From Octopus sinensis (lineage: Eukaryota): 64,000 bases of DNA. Of the stretch, positions 1 through 22,809 are shown in pieces. Each line of letters starts with the position of its first letter. The first letter of the stretch is position 1. Position numbers and translations under genes: made by a program. Location of the stretch: contig NC_042999.1 in the NCBI RefSeq assembly GCF_006345805.1, positions 154,938,001 through 155,002,000 of the forward strand, read 5' to 3'. The notes under the pieces are model-generated. The model was not told the origin of the DNA. It made no database searches and worked only from the letters and a program-made list of their open reading frames with translations.

Positions 1-311
1 TCGTTTTTAACGGTAGAACTCGAAGCAGAGAAAAATAATATATATATATATATATATAATATTATATTAAATTAGAGATAAAACCACTATTAGGCAAATC
101 ATACAATGAAAAACTTAAGCCAATATATAAGATTAATTAATTTATATTATTTAAATATATATCAAAATTATTAAAAAAGATAATTAATATAACACTACGA
201 TCGATTAAATTATCTCTAATTTAATATAATATAATATTTTACTATAAGATTGGATTCAATCCTAAATCTGATTTTTCCCTGTAAGTTTGGATTTATTCCC
301 TAATATTTTAT

Positions 312-393
<82 letters not shown>

Positions 394-703
394 CATACAC
401 TCAGACACCACCTGGCACTGATACAATTACAGAAATAATAATAATAGTGTGCAAGTATTTAGAAAAAGCCGAAGGCTGCCCGTGGGACACGAAACCACAA
501 CTGTCTGTAAACTTGACAGACGTTTTACCATTGGAACAAAGTAATCCTTTGAATTTTTCAATCCATTTTTAAAGATGTTTTGATCATACCAGCAAGAACT
601 GTTGCTGTTTACGTCCTAAGGACGTAAATTTGGGAGGGATTAAATAATTAATTTATTACGGTGGATAAAGCTATAATTAAAAGAGTGTAAATATTGTGTC
701 TGT

Positions 704-1020
704 GGAGGCACATGGCCCAGTGGTTAGAGCAGCGGACTCGCGGTCGAGGAATCGCAGGTTCGAATCTCAGACCGGGCGATGTGTGTGTTTATGAGCGAAA
801 CACCTAAGCTCCATACAGCTCCGACAGAAGGTAATGGCGAATTTCTGCCTTCATCGCCACAACTTCCTCTCACAACTTCATCGCCACAACTTCCCCCTGC
901 ATCTTGCAGCTCACCTGCGACGGACCGGTATCCCGTCCAGGTGGGGAACCTATGCGCCAAGGAAACCGGGAAACCGGCCCTATGAGCCAGGCGTGGCTCG
1001 AGAAGGAACAAACACCAAAC
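704..1020 (+). mobile_element. tRNA-derived SINE (ggaggcgcaatggcccagtgg head) with V-domain-like body
   Basis: A/B-box-like head (tggcccagtggttag ... ggttcgaatc) followed by cctgcgacggaccggtatcccgtccagg. Related copies are at 1570-1866 (-) and 43545-43852 (-). Confidence 0.75.
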
Positions 1021-1569
1021 AGCAAATATTGGGTTTAAAAAACATTTGGATCGAAAAATTCGAAGGCTGTCCGTGGGACGTAAACCCACATCTTTTATAA
1101 ATATGGCTGACGTTCTACCATGCGGTCAAAGCAATTCTTTGAATTTCTTTATCCATTTTAGACGCTTTGTTCTATCCAGGGTTTTCTTAATCCAGTATTC
1201 ACACGCTGTTACTTGCAGATTTATCTACTTCGAGTTCCAGCGTTAAAAATGGATTATTTCACGTCTTTCGAAGTTTCTAAATTTTTACGATACAAAAACT
1301 ATTTTTGTTTATTTCGGAGATGTAGTTGTCTGGAAAGTTATTTGATCCGAGACTGTGTGTTGAAACTGAAGCAATTACATGGAAGACATATTAGCCATTC
1401 ATATATACACAAAAATTGTTGACTACAGTTATAGATGTTGTAGAACTGTGTCGGTGACCAGGTCACAGATAGTACGACGAAAATGTTGACACCAAACAAT
1501 AAATGTTTAATTTTTTATTATTGAATGGCTAAATGTGACTTCCATTCTGCAATTGCTATTTTTGTTTTA

Positions 1570-1866
1570 TTTATTTTTATGCGCCCTTTTCAAACCAAGC
1601 CAGGCTCATGGACCCGGTTTTCCGGTTTCTATGGCGTATGTGTTCCCCCCAGCTGGACGGGACGCAGTCCATCGCAGCGTTACTCAAGAAACAGGACGAA
1701 AGAGTGAGAGAAAGCTGGAGCGAAAGAGTACAACAGGGGTCGCCACCACCCCCTGCAGGAGCCTCGTGGAGCTTTAGGTATTTTCGCTCAATTAACACAC
1801 ACAACGCCCGGTCTGGGAATCGAAACCGCGAGCCCGCTGCTTCAGCCACTGGGCCATTGCGCCTCC
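1570..1866 (-). mobile_element. tRNA-derived SINE, same head, V-like body/tail
   Basis: The reverse complement of the head ends at gccattgcgcctcc; the copy is near-identical to 43545-43852. Confidence 0.75.
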
Positions 1867-2719
1867 GTTTTGGTTTAGAATAGTTGAAATAGTCTTAGCA
1901 AAGTAATGGTGCATTTGGCAGATCCGTTAGAGCATCAGCGACAAGTATTGTAATATATGTTCCGACATTTTGTGTTCTGTGTTCAAATCTCGCCGAGGTC
2001 AACTTAAAATCTTACCCTTTTTGGAGTTGATAAAAAAAAAATCCCTATTTACAGTTGTCTACTAATGGAATCATTCTAGCGTCAGACAAGAAGAATATAA
2101 TATTTTCTCTAGCACTTTAAGTCCCGAGTTCGAATCTTGCTGTATCGTATTTGTGGGGTACATTTAACCCTTTAGCAAATATATATACCGCATATATGAT
2201 GTGCAAAAGCACCAGCAGATTGCGATAGTCAATAAAACAGAAACAGGATTAATTTTTTTTCTTTCTGTGCAGCCCGGTACTGGTCGGCGACCTAGTGGGG
2301 ACCCCTGGTCTAATTGACAAGATAATCACGAGATGAATGCAAAGTGATTGGTATGAATCCTAGTTAATTTCTTCGATGTGACCCTAGATTTAATTGCTTC
2401 AGGGTGTAATTACAACGACAATAATTTCTGCCTTTTGAAGGGCATGTGTCTTTACAAAGCATTATTTTATCGAGTTAAACACTAACTCGAAAATAACAGA
2501 GAAACCAGAAACTATAGGGGCATAGTAAAAACCCTTTCAAAATCCTTCTCGCAACACTGAGAAGACATTGTCGTGTGGTTAAGAAGCTCACTTGGCAACC
2601 ATGTAGTTTTGGGTTCAGTCCCACTATACGATACCTTGGATATCTTCTACTATATCCCTGAATTGTCCAATGTCTTGGAAGTGAATTTGATAGACGGAAA
2701 CTGTATGAAAGCCTGTCAT

Positions 2720-2896
2720 ATAGGTGTGGCTGGTTGGTAAGAAGCTTGTTTCCAAACCACATGGTTCCGGGCTCAGTCCCACTGCGTGGCACCATGGACA
2801 AGTGTCATCTTCTTTAGCCTCGGGCCGATTAAGGCCTTGTGAGTGGATTTGGGGGCTGAAACTGAAAGAAGGCCATCGTATATATATGTATGTATG

Positions 2897-2927
<31 letters not shown>

Positions 2928-3050
2928 ATATATATATATGTATGTATGTATATATATGTATGTATGTATATATATATGTATGTATGTATATATATATATG
3001 TATGTATGTATATATATATATGTATGTATGTATATATATATGTATGTATG

Positions 3051-3083
<33 letters not shown>

Positions 3084-3330
3084 ATGTATGTATGTATGTA
3101 TGTATGTATATATATATATATGTATGTATGTATGTATATGTATTTATGTGTTTGTGTTTGTCCCCAACCAACATCGCTTGACAACAGATGTTGAGGTATT
3201 TACGTCCCCGTTACTTGACTGCTCGGCAAATAAGGCCGATAACATAAATACTAGGCTTTAAAAAGAAATAAATGCTGGGGTCGATTTGTTCGACGAAAAC
3301 CTCTTAAAGTGGCACTCCAGCATGGCCGCA
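2720..3330 (+). mobile_element. Abundant tRNA/CORE-like SINE with internal (TA)n/(TATG)n/(TG)n microsatellite
   Basis: Head gtggctgtgtggtaag...ggttcagtcccactgcgtggcaccttgggcaagt, then microsatellite, then tail ...gctccagcatggccgcagtcaaatgactgaaacaagtaaaagag. Many other copies lie at about 6410-6806, 8580-8975, 12050-12463, 14630-15360, 21830-22155, 25720-26122, 31557-31960, 57755-58740 and 60995-62785. Confidence 0.8.
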
Positions 3331-4052
3331 TTTGAACTCAGAACGTAAAGGCAGACAGAATACCGCTAAGCATTTCGCCCGGCGTGCTAACGATTTTGCC
3401 AGCTCGCCACCTTAAGCACCTTATGATATTAAGAAACTTAGGTAACGAATAAAGGTTTTTGAACATAAATTAGGCTTGAAATGAGATCGCAATTATAGTA
3501 GGTATTAGGTGTCCTATATCTTACTTGAAGCGTTTTGTATCATGTACTTATTTTTCTTGTACTGTCCGTCACAGCCATATTGAAGCTTTTCTTTTTTAAT
3601 GAAAGCCATGTATGATAAAGCAAAGCAAACATTTATAGCAACACACACAAATAGAATAATGGCATGTACAAAAATAAATGTCAGAGCACGCTTATGAGCG
3701 AACACCGTTGCATGAAGTAAGAAGGGTCATTGAAGGTAATGTACTGTTAACAGTAATCAGGGAAATGAAGCAAAATATCAATGAAATGCTTGCGGGTCTG
3801 ATTGCTAACGGCTACAGTTTGGCATAGATGTGAAGAATGTAGCAGAAGAATAACTACTGTAGGGTTGCTTTGTAGACCTCTTTTGTCTTTCCTTCAGGAG
3901 CATAGATGAATAAGTTGTCTGGATGGCCAACTCTGGAACAACCGCCATGTGAAAAGCAAGATGTTTGAAGGTCCAATCCGACAACTTTCAGCGACTGACC
4001 TTGTGCTTTGTTAATTGTCATGGTGAAGCTGAGTTTGAGTGGGGACTGAAGT

Positions 4053-4428
4053 GTGGTGGAAGCACTCCGTCGGTTACGACGACGAGGTTTCCGGTTGATC
4101 CGATCAACCGAACAGCCTGCTCGTGAAATTAACGTGTAAGTGGCTGAGCACTCCACAGACACGTGTACCCTTAACGTAGTTCTCGGGGATATTCAGCGTG
4201 ACACAGAGAGTGACAAGGCCGGCCCTTTGAAATACAGGTACAACAGAAACAGGAAGTAAGAGTGAGAGAAAGTTGTGGTGAAAGAATACAGCAGGGATCA
4301 CCACCATCCCTGCCGGAGCCTCGTGGAGCTTTTAGGTGTTTTCGCTCAATAAACACTCACAACGCCCGGTCTGGGAATCGAAACCGCGAGTCCGCTGCCC
4401 TAACCACTGGGCCATTGCGCCTCCACTA
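4053..4428 (-). mobile_element. Full-length tRNA-derived SINE inserted in the Helitron, 12-bp TSD
   Basis: TSD ggggactgaagt at 4041-4052 and 4429-4440. Near-identical to 32711-33095. Confidence 0.88.
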
Positions 4429-4782
4429 GGGGACTGAAGTATCTGCATAGGGTAGGGGCTGTTTGTTGGGGTTAGAGGAATTTTCGGAATGAAAACGGTA
4501 TCGTTTTCGCCGTGTCCCGTGATAATTTGGGCTTCAATGACATAGTCCAGCATTTGTTTGACCACAAGGCGCGTTCCATTGCATAGTGTGGGTATGTAGG
4601 AGGATGACAGGACAACCGACTTTTAAGTGAAGTTCATGGGCAGGGAGTCCTGGAGGATCTTGGGAGTTGAGAAATTTAGTTGGAAAGTGTGTAACCTGAT
4701 CGAGGTCGGAAACAGTGCCAACTGATCTGTAACAACGTTCTTGAGAAGGTAGCTGGCTAAGTAAGTCATAGCTAAGAGTGTT

Positions 4783-5054
4783 CCGGCAGGGATGGTGGTG
4801 ATCCCTGCTGTACTCTTTCACCACAACTTTCTCTCACTCTTACTTCCTACTTCTGTTGTACCTGTATTTCAAAGGGCCGGCCTTGTCACTCTCTGTGTCA
4901 CGCTGAATATCCCCGAGAACTATGTTAAGGATACACGTGTCTGTGGAGTGCTCAGCCACTTACACGTTAATTTCACGAGCAGGCTGTTCCGTTGATCGGA
5001 TCAACCGGAACCCTCGTCGTCGTAACCGACGGAGTGTTTCCAAAAGAAAAAAAA
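4783..5054 (+). mobile_element. 5'-truncated SINE with A-rich tail inserted in the Helitron, 13-bp TSD
   Basis: TSD agctaagagtgtt at 4770-4782 and 5055-5067. Confidence 0.88.
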
Positions 5055-5499
5055 AGCTAAGAGTGTTGACAGCTGCATTTGTAGGTGCAAGAACAACCCT
5101 GCCGCGAAGCCAATCTGGCTTTATTTATTCCTTTGTAAAATTTGGGTAAATGGCAGAACATAAGTCATCAGGGCTGCAGACAGTGTGGCCAATGGTGGTA
5201 GTGTCAATGTATTCATTGTCGTCAGACGTAATTTGTCCATTGCCGATTTTAAGGAGCATTTCCGAACACTGGGATGTAGGCTGACCAGTCTGTAGCAGTG
5301 ATCTCATGTTGATGGTGAGTTGTTTCGATTGGACATGCGGCCAAAGGATAGATTTTTAAGGCAGGCATTAATTTCACCGGCGGGTGTTCCTTTGGGTATA
5401 ATAGGTAGAGTTTGCCGAAAATCTCCTTCAAGAAGTAGAGTCGCACCTCCAAGGATGTTATTGTTTGATCTAAGGTCTCTCATTGTGGTATCAAGAGCT

Positions 5500-5541
<42 letters not shown>

Positions 5542-5688
5542 AGCTCTTGCGGTACCTATGAATAATAGTACCCTCTTTATAATATAAATAAGTATTTTCA
5601 AAGTTTAAAAAATTTACAGATTTTTTCTCTTACGAGGTTTTTCACGCTAACTACTGATAATTTCTTATAAAGATTTTATCCTTATTTT

Positions 5689-5773
<85 letters not shown>

Positions 5774-5980
5774 GGGGAGTAGTTGATAAAAGTTTTAAAG
5801 CACACGTTATGGAGAAAGGGAACAGATGCTATAATGTCATAATCTATAATAGAATTCAGTACTTGAATGTTTGAAAGCCAGCGTTGACTCTTACAGAATT
5901 TAATCCCGAGGGTTATATATTATACTGTTATACTTTAAATCATCAGTAAGATGGTAGAATATATCTCTTTTATATTTTAG

Positions 5981-16061
<10,081 letters not shown>

Positions 16062-16215
16062 GTGAGTCATTATTTTTTTTTTTTTCTGAGACTCAAATAT
16101 ACAAAGGATTGTTTGAACCAACCAACTGACATTTCTAGACACTTTAAATATCTTCAAAATGTCATTGCATGGATGAGTGTAAAAATCTTCATGTTTCTTT
16201 TACATTAGCTTCCTC

Positions 16216-16626
16216 GGATCTTATCGGTTTGAACGGCAGTTTTTTCTAGCGGTGTCATATGAAATTGTCACCCATAATTATGACCCTAATATCAATCTAT
16301 TGCATTTCAATCTATTTTAGGGTTAGGGGTGGGAGAAAGGGTAACTTTTTTTCTTCACAAATGTAAATAAACCCAATCTGTTTCTTAAACGAGGGACATA
16401 TTCATACGGCACAGAATGTTTTCACCTCAATAGACGGTCATTAATTGGTTGAAATTGCCGAAATGCAAGAAATTAAAGACCAAATATCTTACAAACTATA
16501 GAATTTTCTCAATAAAGCCGAGAGAAAAAAATGTTTTATAAACACATTCTACCAGTATACGAAGTTTAAATTTTTTTAGTTACCTAGAAATTATGTTAAA
16601 AACTGCCGTTCAAACCGAAAAGATCC
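16216..16626. mobile_element. MITE with GG...CC termini and 8-bp TSD (Merlin-like), family 1
   Basis: TIRs ggatcttatcggtttgaacggcagttttt / aaaaactgccgttcaaaccgaaaagatcc, with perfect TSD gcttcctc. Confidence 0.85.
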
Positions 16627-17261
16627 GCTTCCTCTCTAAGAAGTGACAGAGCCCACTGTTTTCGTAGGCCGTCTGAGACCGATGAGATCATCACTGATTA
16701 TAAATTATATTGATTTCTTTGTGATGATGTGAGACGCCTGGCGGAGTTTCTATTTTATTGATAGGGAGTTATCTCCCTTGTCGGACATTGTTAACAGCGC
16801 ATGACAGGGACTGGGGAAGATATAAATGGTAGTCTCCTGGAATGCGGAAGAGGAGTCACTACCGTGAAGTTCCCCGTACAAGGTGAGAACTTGGAGATTG
16901 ATACGTAATGTTCATTGGTAATCCTGTCTTCTATGGATATTTCCTGGATCACAGTCAAGTTGGATATTACTCGTTGGCGTGAATCCGTTCCTACCAGCTA
17001 ACTGTCAGAGAAATAAACATGGTTGGTGGGGATTTATCAGCGCCTACATGCTGTAACAGAAGTACTGGATGTAGTAGTTTAGAGTGGAAGAGTAGGGTTG
17101 TCATGTGGTTATCAGTTATCACATAGGTCGTCAAATGAATACGGAGCTGCTGGTGGTTTGAGTTAAGTCCCTTTTGTGTATAAATGATGCACAAAACTCA
17201 TGGACAATTAACAGAAACTTTATTTATCGCACAAAACATTTTCCATGCTGTTCTTGAATTA

Positions 17262-17782
17262 CCATAAATCCTCAAGTATAATCCGCATTTTTTCCCTAAA
17301 ATTTAACGGTCAAAATCCCTAGTGCATACTATAACCGAGGGTAAAAATGAAAAATATTTTCTAAGCAATGTCCGAGTCTCTATTTGCTGTCCGGCAATGT
17401 TTATTCAGACGCATTTTGTGATGTCGGGTGTGAAAATACCTTAAGCTAAGCCTGAAAGCAATGAAGTCCTAAAAGAATCATTCATAACTTGCAGTAAACA
17501 ACATTTATTAAAATAAAAGTATTCAGAACACAGAATAACATGTAACAAAAAAATTTGCAAACATATTTACATTCCCATATAACAGTTAAGAACATCCCCA
17601 TTATTGTATTACGCATGCGCGGAAGTGTTTGTTCGACTCGGTGCTGCTGGCTTAATTACGCACGACTCAAGTTAGAGAAGTGGTGCATATTATACACAAG
17701 GTTTAGGTTTTTCAGAGGTACAGGCCCCTAAAAATCCCCTGCGTATTATACTCAAGGGCAGACTATACTCGAAGATTTACGG
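17262..17782. mobile_element. Tc1/mariner (pogo/Tc2-like) MITE
   Basis: TIRs cc(a/g)taaatcctcaagtataatccgc / gcagactatactcgaagatttacgg, with TA on the left flank. Confidence 0.75.
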
Positions 17783-19625
17783 TTATAATACAAACAACAA
17801 ATCATACACACTGGAAAAGACAATACTGTAGTTATGACAAAATAGTTAAATAGGATTAAACAAGCTCTGCGAATACTGTAAATAAATCATAATAAATTCC
17901 TGACTGCGATACCGTAGCGGCCGTCTGCTCGGTTGAATGAGAAGTTGTTAAAACAACTGGAAAATACTGAAAAATGAGAATGTGGATTTCAGAGCGAAGT
18001 CAAAACTCGTGTATCTATAAGCCTCGTTAGAAGACGTTCTATAAGATTCTAGAAGATTTGCGTCACGTGATGGCTCGATGTTGACTGGTCAATTAATCGG
18101 CCGATGACGTGAAATGGTTGTTACTAAGCCTTGACTTTTACTTGGAAATTTGCTGATTGGGTTTCGAATCTGCTACAGGGTGGATACAATAGGGGTGTTG
18201 GAAAGAAGGAGAGAAGTCTGAGTTGAGGAGGTTTGAATAAAGGTAGTGTAAAACCAACTAGCTCTGAAGAGTAGCGGTAGAAAAGCAAAGAGAGGAGCCA
18301 GTGCATGTGCGTGCTGAACGTTGCTGTATACTGGTTTCACATTTTAGCACAAGGCCAGTAATTTCGGGGTAGAGGTTGAGTCGATTACATCGACACCAGA
18401 ATGCAACTGGTACTTATTTTATCCGCCACAAAAGGATGAAAATATTGGAATATATTGGCCAGTGACTTCATGCTACCTCATTTGGGAAGATGTTTTCCTC
18501 CTTTCTTCCCTTTCTTTTTATATCCTACGACATCGTTATGTGTAACCCTGGAACCGTCCCAAAAGTGGGAGCAGTACTACGTTCGTGTGCGTGTGTGGTG
18601 GGTATGTGTGTGTGTGTAGTTGAGTGTTTTTTCAGTGTGTGTATTTTTGTATGTATATAGATAGATAGAAAGATAGTTACATACATACATACATACATAC
18701 ATACATGCATACATACATACATACATACATGCATGCATACATACAGACATACATACATGCATGCATACACGTATGCATACATGCATGCATGCATACATAC
18801 ACGTATGCATACATACATACACACATGCATATAACATATATATATACATATATACATGCATATATACATATATACATGCATATATACATATATACATGCA
18901 TATATGTACATACCTACATATGTATGTATATATACATGCATATATGGGTACAGGACATAAAAAAACGTTGAACACAATGAGAAACGAAAACATAAAAACA
19001 GAGCAGAAAACGAAGTTTTTGGGAACAACTAAAAAAAACAGAAAAACGAGACAAGCAACATAAAGAATATTCCCCTTCATCAGTTGTCCCTGTTTCATCT
19101 ATTCCGCGTTCCGAGGGTAAGGACAATATGCGACTTCGCTGAAACAGTCCTTCCCGCAAAGCAAATTAAATAAAATTTGGGATTTTTTGCGGAGGGTGAA
19201 AGTGGTAACAAGAACAGAACAGTGAGAACAAAACAATAAAAACAAACGGTGAGGGTTGTTGAGCCAAGACTATAGAAAAATTATTATGAACGCAAGGAGG
19301 ACGAGCTTATGAGAGAAGACAGGTATAATATATATATATATATATATATAATTTTAAAATAGGGTAAAATCTTCATAAGAATTTATGAAGTAGCTAGCGT
19401 GAAAAACCTCATAAGAGAAAAAAATCCACCAATTTTTTCACTTAAATATATTTATTTATATTATATAGAGGGCATTATTATACATGAATGCCACACGCTA
19501 AGAGAGACCCTTAAAGTCAAAACTACTAAAATAAATAAGTTGCATTCGGTGTGATATGTTTATTTTTTTTAGTAGTTTTGACTTTAAGGGTCCCTCGTAG
19601 CGTGTGGCATTCATGTGTAATAATG

Positions 19626-19697
<72 letters not shown>

Positions 19698-19700
<3 letters not shown>

Positions 19701-20810
19701 ACGATATGCTGTACTGCTTGCCATTTTCGTCAGAACCTCCAATACGAACATTTCGGAGTATTTGGATGTCAATCTGAGGACAGTGCAGTGGATTCGGAAA
19801 GAATCGGATGAGTCTAATGACAGCTCGGAAAACTCACTCTGATCATTCTGATAAGAAAAGAACTCCTGAATTTCTTGGTGAGATCCAGGCCATGACTGAT
19901 AACGATCACCCCAAGTCAATCACATCCAAGCCCAGTGACATAGGAGTGTCTGAGTTTCTTATCAAGCAGGCAGTGCATGAAAACATTCGGTATTCCTCAT
20001 ACAGGATGTTTATCACAAGCCATCAAGGACAAGAGGAAAGACCGCGCTACGAAGCTTTTGAACAAACTCAAGCATCCCCTCCAACCGAACATACTTCGGT
20101 TTTTCTCAGGCGAGAAAAAGTTTTGCCAGGACCAGATGATAAACACACAGAACAACCGTTGGCTTGCCATGTCACCAAAGCATTTACCTATAGTGATAAA
20201 AACCAAACATCCAGTCAACATCATGATGTCTGGAGTGATCTCTAGCGATGGCGACATTATGCCGCCATTCATCTTCCCACACGGCCTCAGACTCAACACG
20301 GAGGTCTACATCAAGTGCCTGGAGGGGATAGTGCTGTCCTGGGTCAAGAGGGTGACTGCTGGAAGACCTTGTCTGTCAACAGGACTCTGCACCCTGCCAC
20401 ACAAGCAGAAGAACCCAGTCATGACTGTCAGACAATTTCTGTGACCACATCACCCCTAACATCTGACCACCTAACTCCCCACACTGAAACCCCTTTGATT
20501 ATTATGTGTGGGGCGCAGTTGAACGAGAAAGACCAACAAAACTCATTGTAACACCAAAGATGAACTGAAGGCAAGGATTATGGCAGCAATCACCACCTTA
20601 AACAAGGAGACTGCCCAAAAAAGTTGCAGGAGATTTCGAAGTTGTCTGGAGGCCATGGTTGAAGCTAATGGCGATTTTATTCAATAAATTTACTCTTCAG
20701 TATTTCAAGATATTTTAATGTAATTTTGGTAAATATGCCTGTTAAAATGAGATGTCAGTGTTATTTTTATTTTTGCGTAATTTAGACGACAGTTTATTCA
20801 CCGAACCCCG
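19698..20810 (+). mobile_element. Decayed Tc1/mariner-superfamily (maT/DD37D-like) transposon, 5' truncated
   Basis: FFSGEKKF..NTQNNRW..KHPVNIMMSGVISSDG..PPFIFPHGLRLNTEVYIKCL, then frameshifted QQDSAP.H and PPNSP..P.DYY.WG-like motifs. The right end ...ttcaccgaaccccg is followed by TA. Confidence 0.82.
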
Positions 20811-21100
20811 TATATAAGACAGTCTTCTTTCAGTTTCCTTTTACCAAATCCACTCACAAGGTTTTGGTCAGCCCGAGGCTATAGACGTAGACACTGAACC
20901 TGGAAACATATAGTTGGGAAGCAAGCTTCTTACCACACAGCCACTCCTGCGCCTATATATATAGGCGTTAAACTAATACACTTGCTTGCTGTTCCTTCAC
21001 CTGCCTTTGTCTTTTGTCTTCTATAAATTTGAACTATATCATCATCATCGTTTAACGTCCATGCATGCATGGGTAGGACGGTAACTGAAAGAAGACCGTC

Positions 21101-21159
<59 letters not shown>

Positions 21160-21512
21160 TCAACTTGTGTGTCTGTGTGTTTAACTTCCCGGAACATTTC
21201 CTCCTAGCCAACAAATCGTAGAACCACCAAAAATGGGTCACTTAACGTTTAGGCGAATGAAAATTGAACTGCGCTATTTCTGTTCCGAAATTCATCTCGC
21301 AAGGGCAAAAATCGATAATGTGCTTGTTTAGGCCTTATCCCATGCATTGAATAGTGAACTTTACTCAGTCAGCTGTTTGACGTGAACTGTGTTCACCACG
21401 CGTGCAAGCATGTGTAAATTGCATGAAAAATAAAAAATCAAGATATAAAAACGAATCGCCGTAAAACATTGTAGAAATTCGGCAATGAAATGAATTTCGG
21501 GATTAGCTGGAG

Positions 21513-21612
21513 NNNNNNNNNNNNNNNNNNNNNNNNNNNNNNNNNNNNNNNNNNNNNNNNNNNNNNNNNNNNNNNNNNNNNNNNNNNNNNNNNNNNNNNN
21601 NNNNNNNNNNNN
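21513..21612. other. Assembly gap (100 N)
   Basis: Run of exactly 100 N. Confidence 0.99.
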
Positions 21613-21760
21613 GTATCCATGTCTGAACTATATAATGTTGTTGTGACTCACAGCCATTCGAGTTTGACCGCGTGACCACTTCCGGAAGCTACACTCGCCA
21701 CCTGCAATTAGTGCCTCCCCGCATCGTGTTCCCTCCCCTGTTTAGTCAGACGAGTAAATA

Positions 21761-22497
21761 CAGAGTATCCCAGAATTAATGATAATAATCTGAGTTAAAT
21801 CGGATGCATTTTTTTAAAAAACTCACTTTTATTTACTCTTACTCTCTCTTTACTCTTTTACTTGTTTCAGTCATTTGACTGTGGCTATGTTGGAGCACCA
21901 CCTTTTAGTCGATCAAATCGACCCCAGGACTTATTCTTTGTAAGCCTAGTACTTATATTATCGGTCTCCTTTTGCCGAACCGCTAAGTTACGGGGACGTA
22001 AACACACCAGGGGTACAAACACAGACACACAAACACGCACATACACATATATATATATACATATATACGACAGGATTCTTTCAGTTTCCGTCTACCAAAT
22101 CCACTCACAAGGCTTTGGTCGGCCCGAGGCTATAGTAGAAGACACTTGCCCAAGTGGACCCCTCTTATTTGTCCATGACAGCTTCTTCCTTTTCAATTTG
22201 GGAGCAATCATTTTCTTTACCTCCATCCCTTTGATGGAATAATTGTGTAGCCGAGCTTAAAGAACACATTCAGTTAGCAGTGCAGGAGCTAGCTCATGAA
22301 ATGCTTCAAAATGTGTTTCACGACGCTAAGGAGAGATTTGAAGTATGCAGGGATACAGAATTGTTGAAAATTTTCAATAAAAGTTTGACGTAAGATTTAT
22401 AAATCTATTTGTTTTGGTAATAAACATAAAATTCTGTCAGTGTTTTTAAAATTTGCTCAATTTTATTGAAATAGATAGTTAATTCTGGAACACCCTG
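21761..22497. mobile_element. Deleted Tc1/mariner element with SINE insertion
   Basis: Imperfect TIRs cagagtatcccagaatta / taattctggaacaccctg, each flanked by TA. Confidence 0.6.
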
Positions 22498-22809
22498 TAT
22501 GGTGTAGCGCTGTTAGTTTTGCGTTCCTCGTGTAAATATTTAAATCAAAGGTCTTCTCTCCGTAAACATCCCATCTTTTTGTTAAGCATATTGTATCAAG
22601 AAGTATATTATCCAAAATCTATCCCTCCTTTATAGGCGCGGCTGTGTAGCTCAGAAGCTTGCTTTCCAACCATGTCGCCTTGGATTCAGTCCCACTGTAC
22701 AGCACGTTGGGTAATTCTCTTTCATTACAGTTCCATGCCGACCAAAGCCTTGTGTATTATATAATTGCCATTACTGTACTGATATATAAAATAACACATA
22801 CAACTCATT

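Larger units (their letters stand above)
3854..5503 (-). mobile_element. Decayed Helitron RepHel fragment (PIF1-like helicase C-terminal half) split by two SINE insertions
   Basis: Frameshifted segments read ALDTTMRDLRSNNNILGGATLLLEGDFRQTLPIIPKG, FLNSQDPPGLPAHELHLKVGCPVILL, VIEAQIITGHGENDTVFIPKIPLTP and [39 protein letters not shown], which are PIF1/Helitron helicase motifs. Confidence 0.9.

Noticed and set aside
2624-3261. Long ORFs rich in YI/HT/VC/MY repeats (also 15399-15761, 18525-19098, 58051-58444)
   Set aside because: These are translations of (TA)n/(TATG)n/(TG)n microsatellites inside SINEs, not genes.
16789-18125. Possible solo LTR on the minus strand interrupted by a MITE
   Set aside because: One end lacks a clean TG/CA, and there is no TSD, PBS or second LTR; unsupported.
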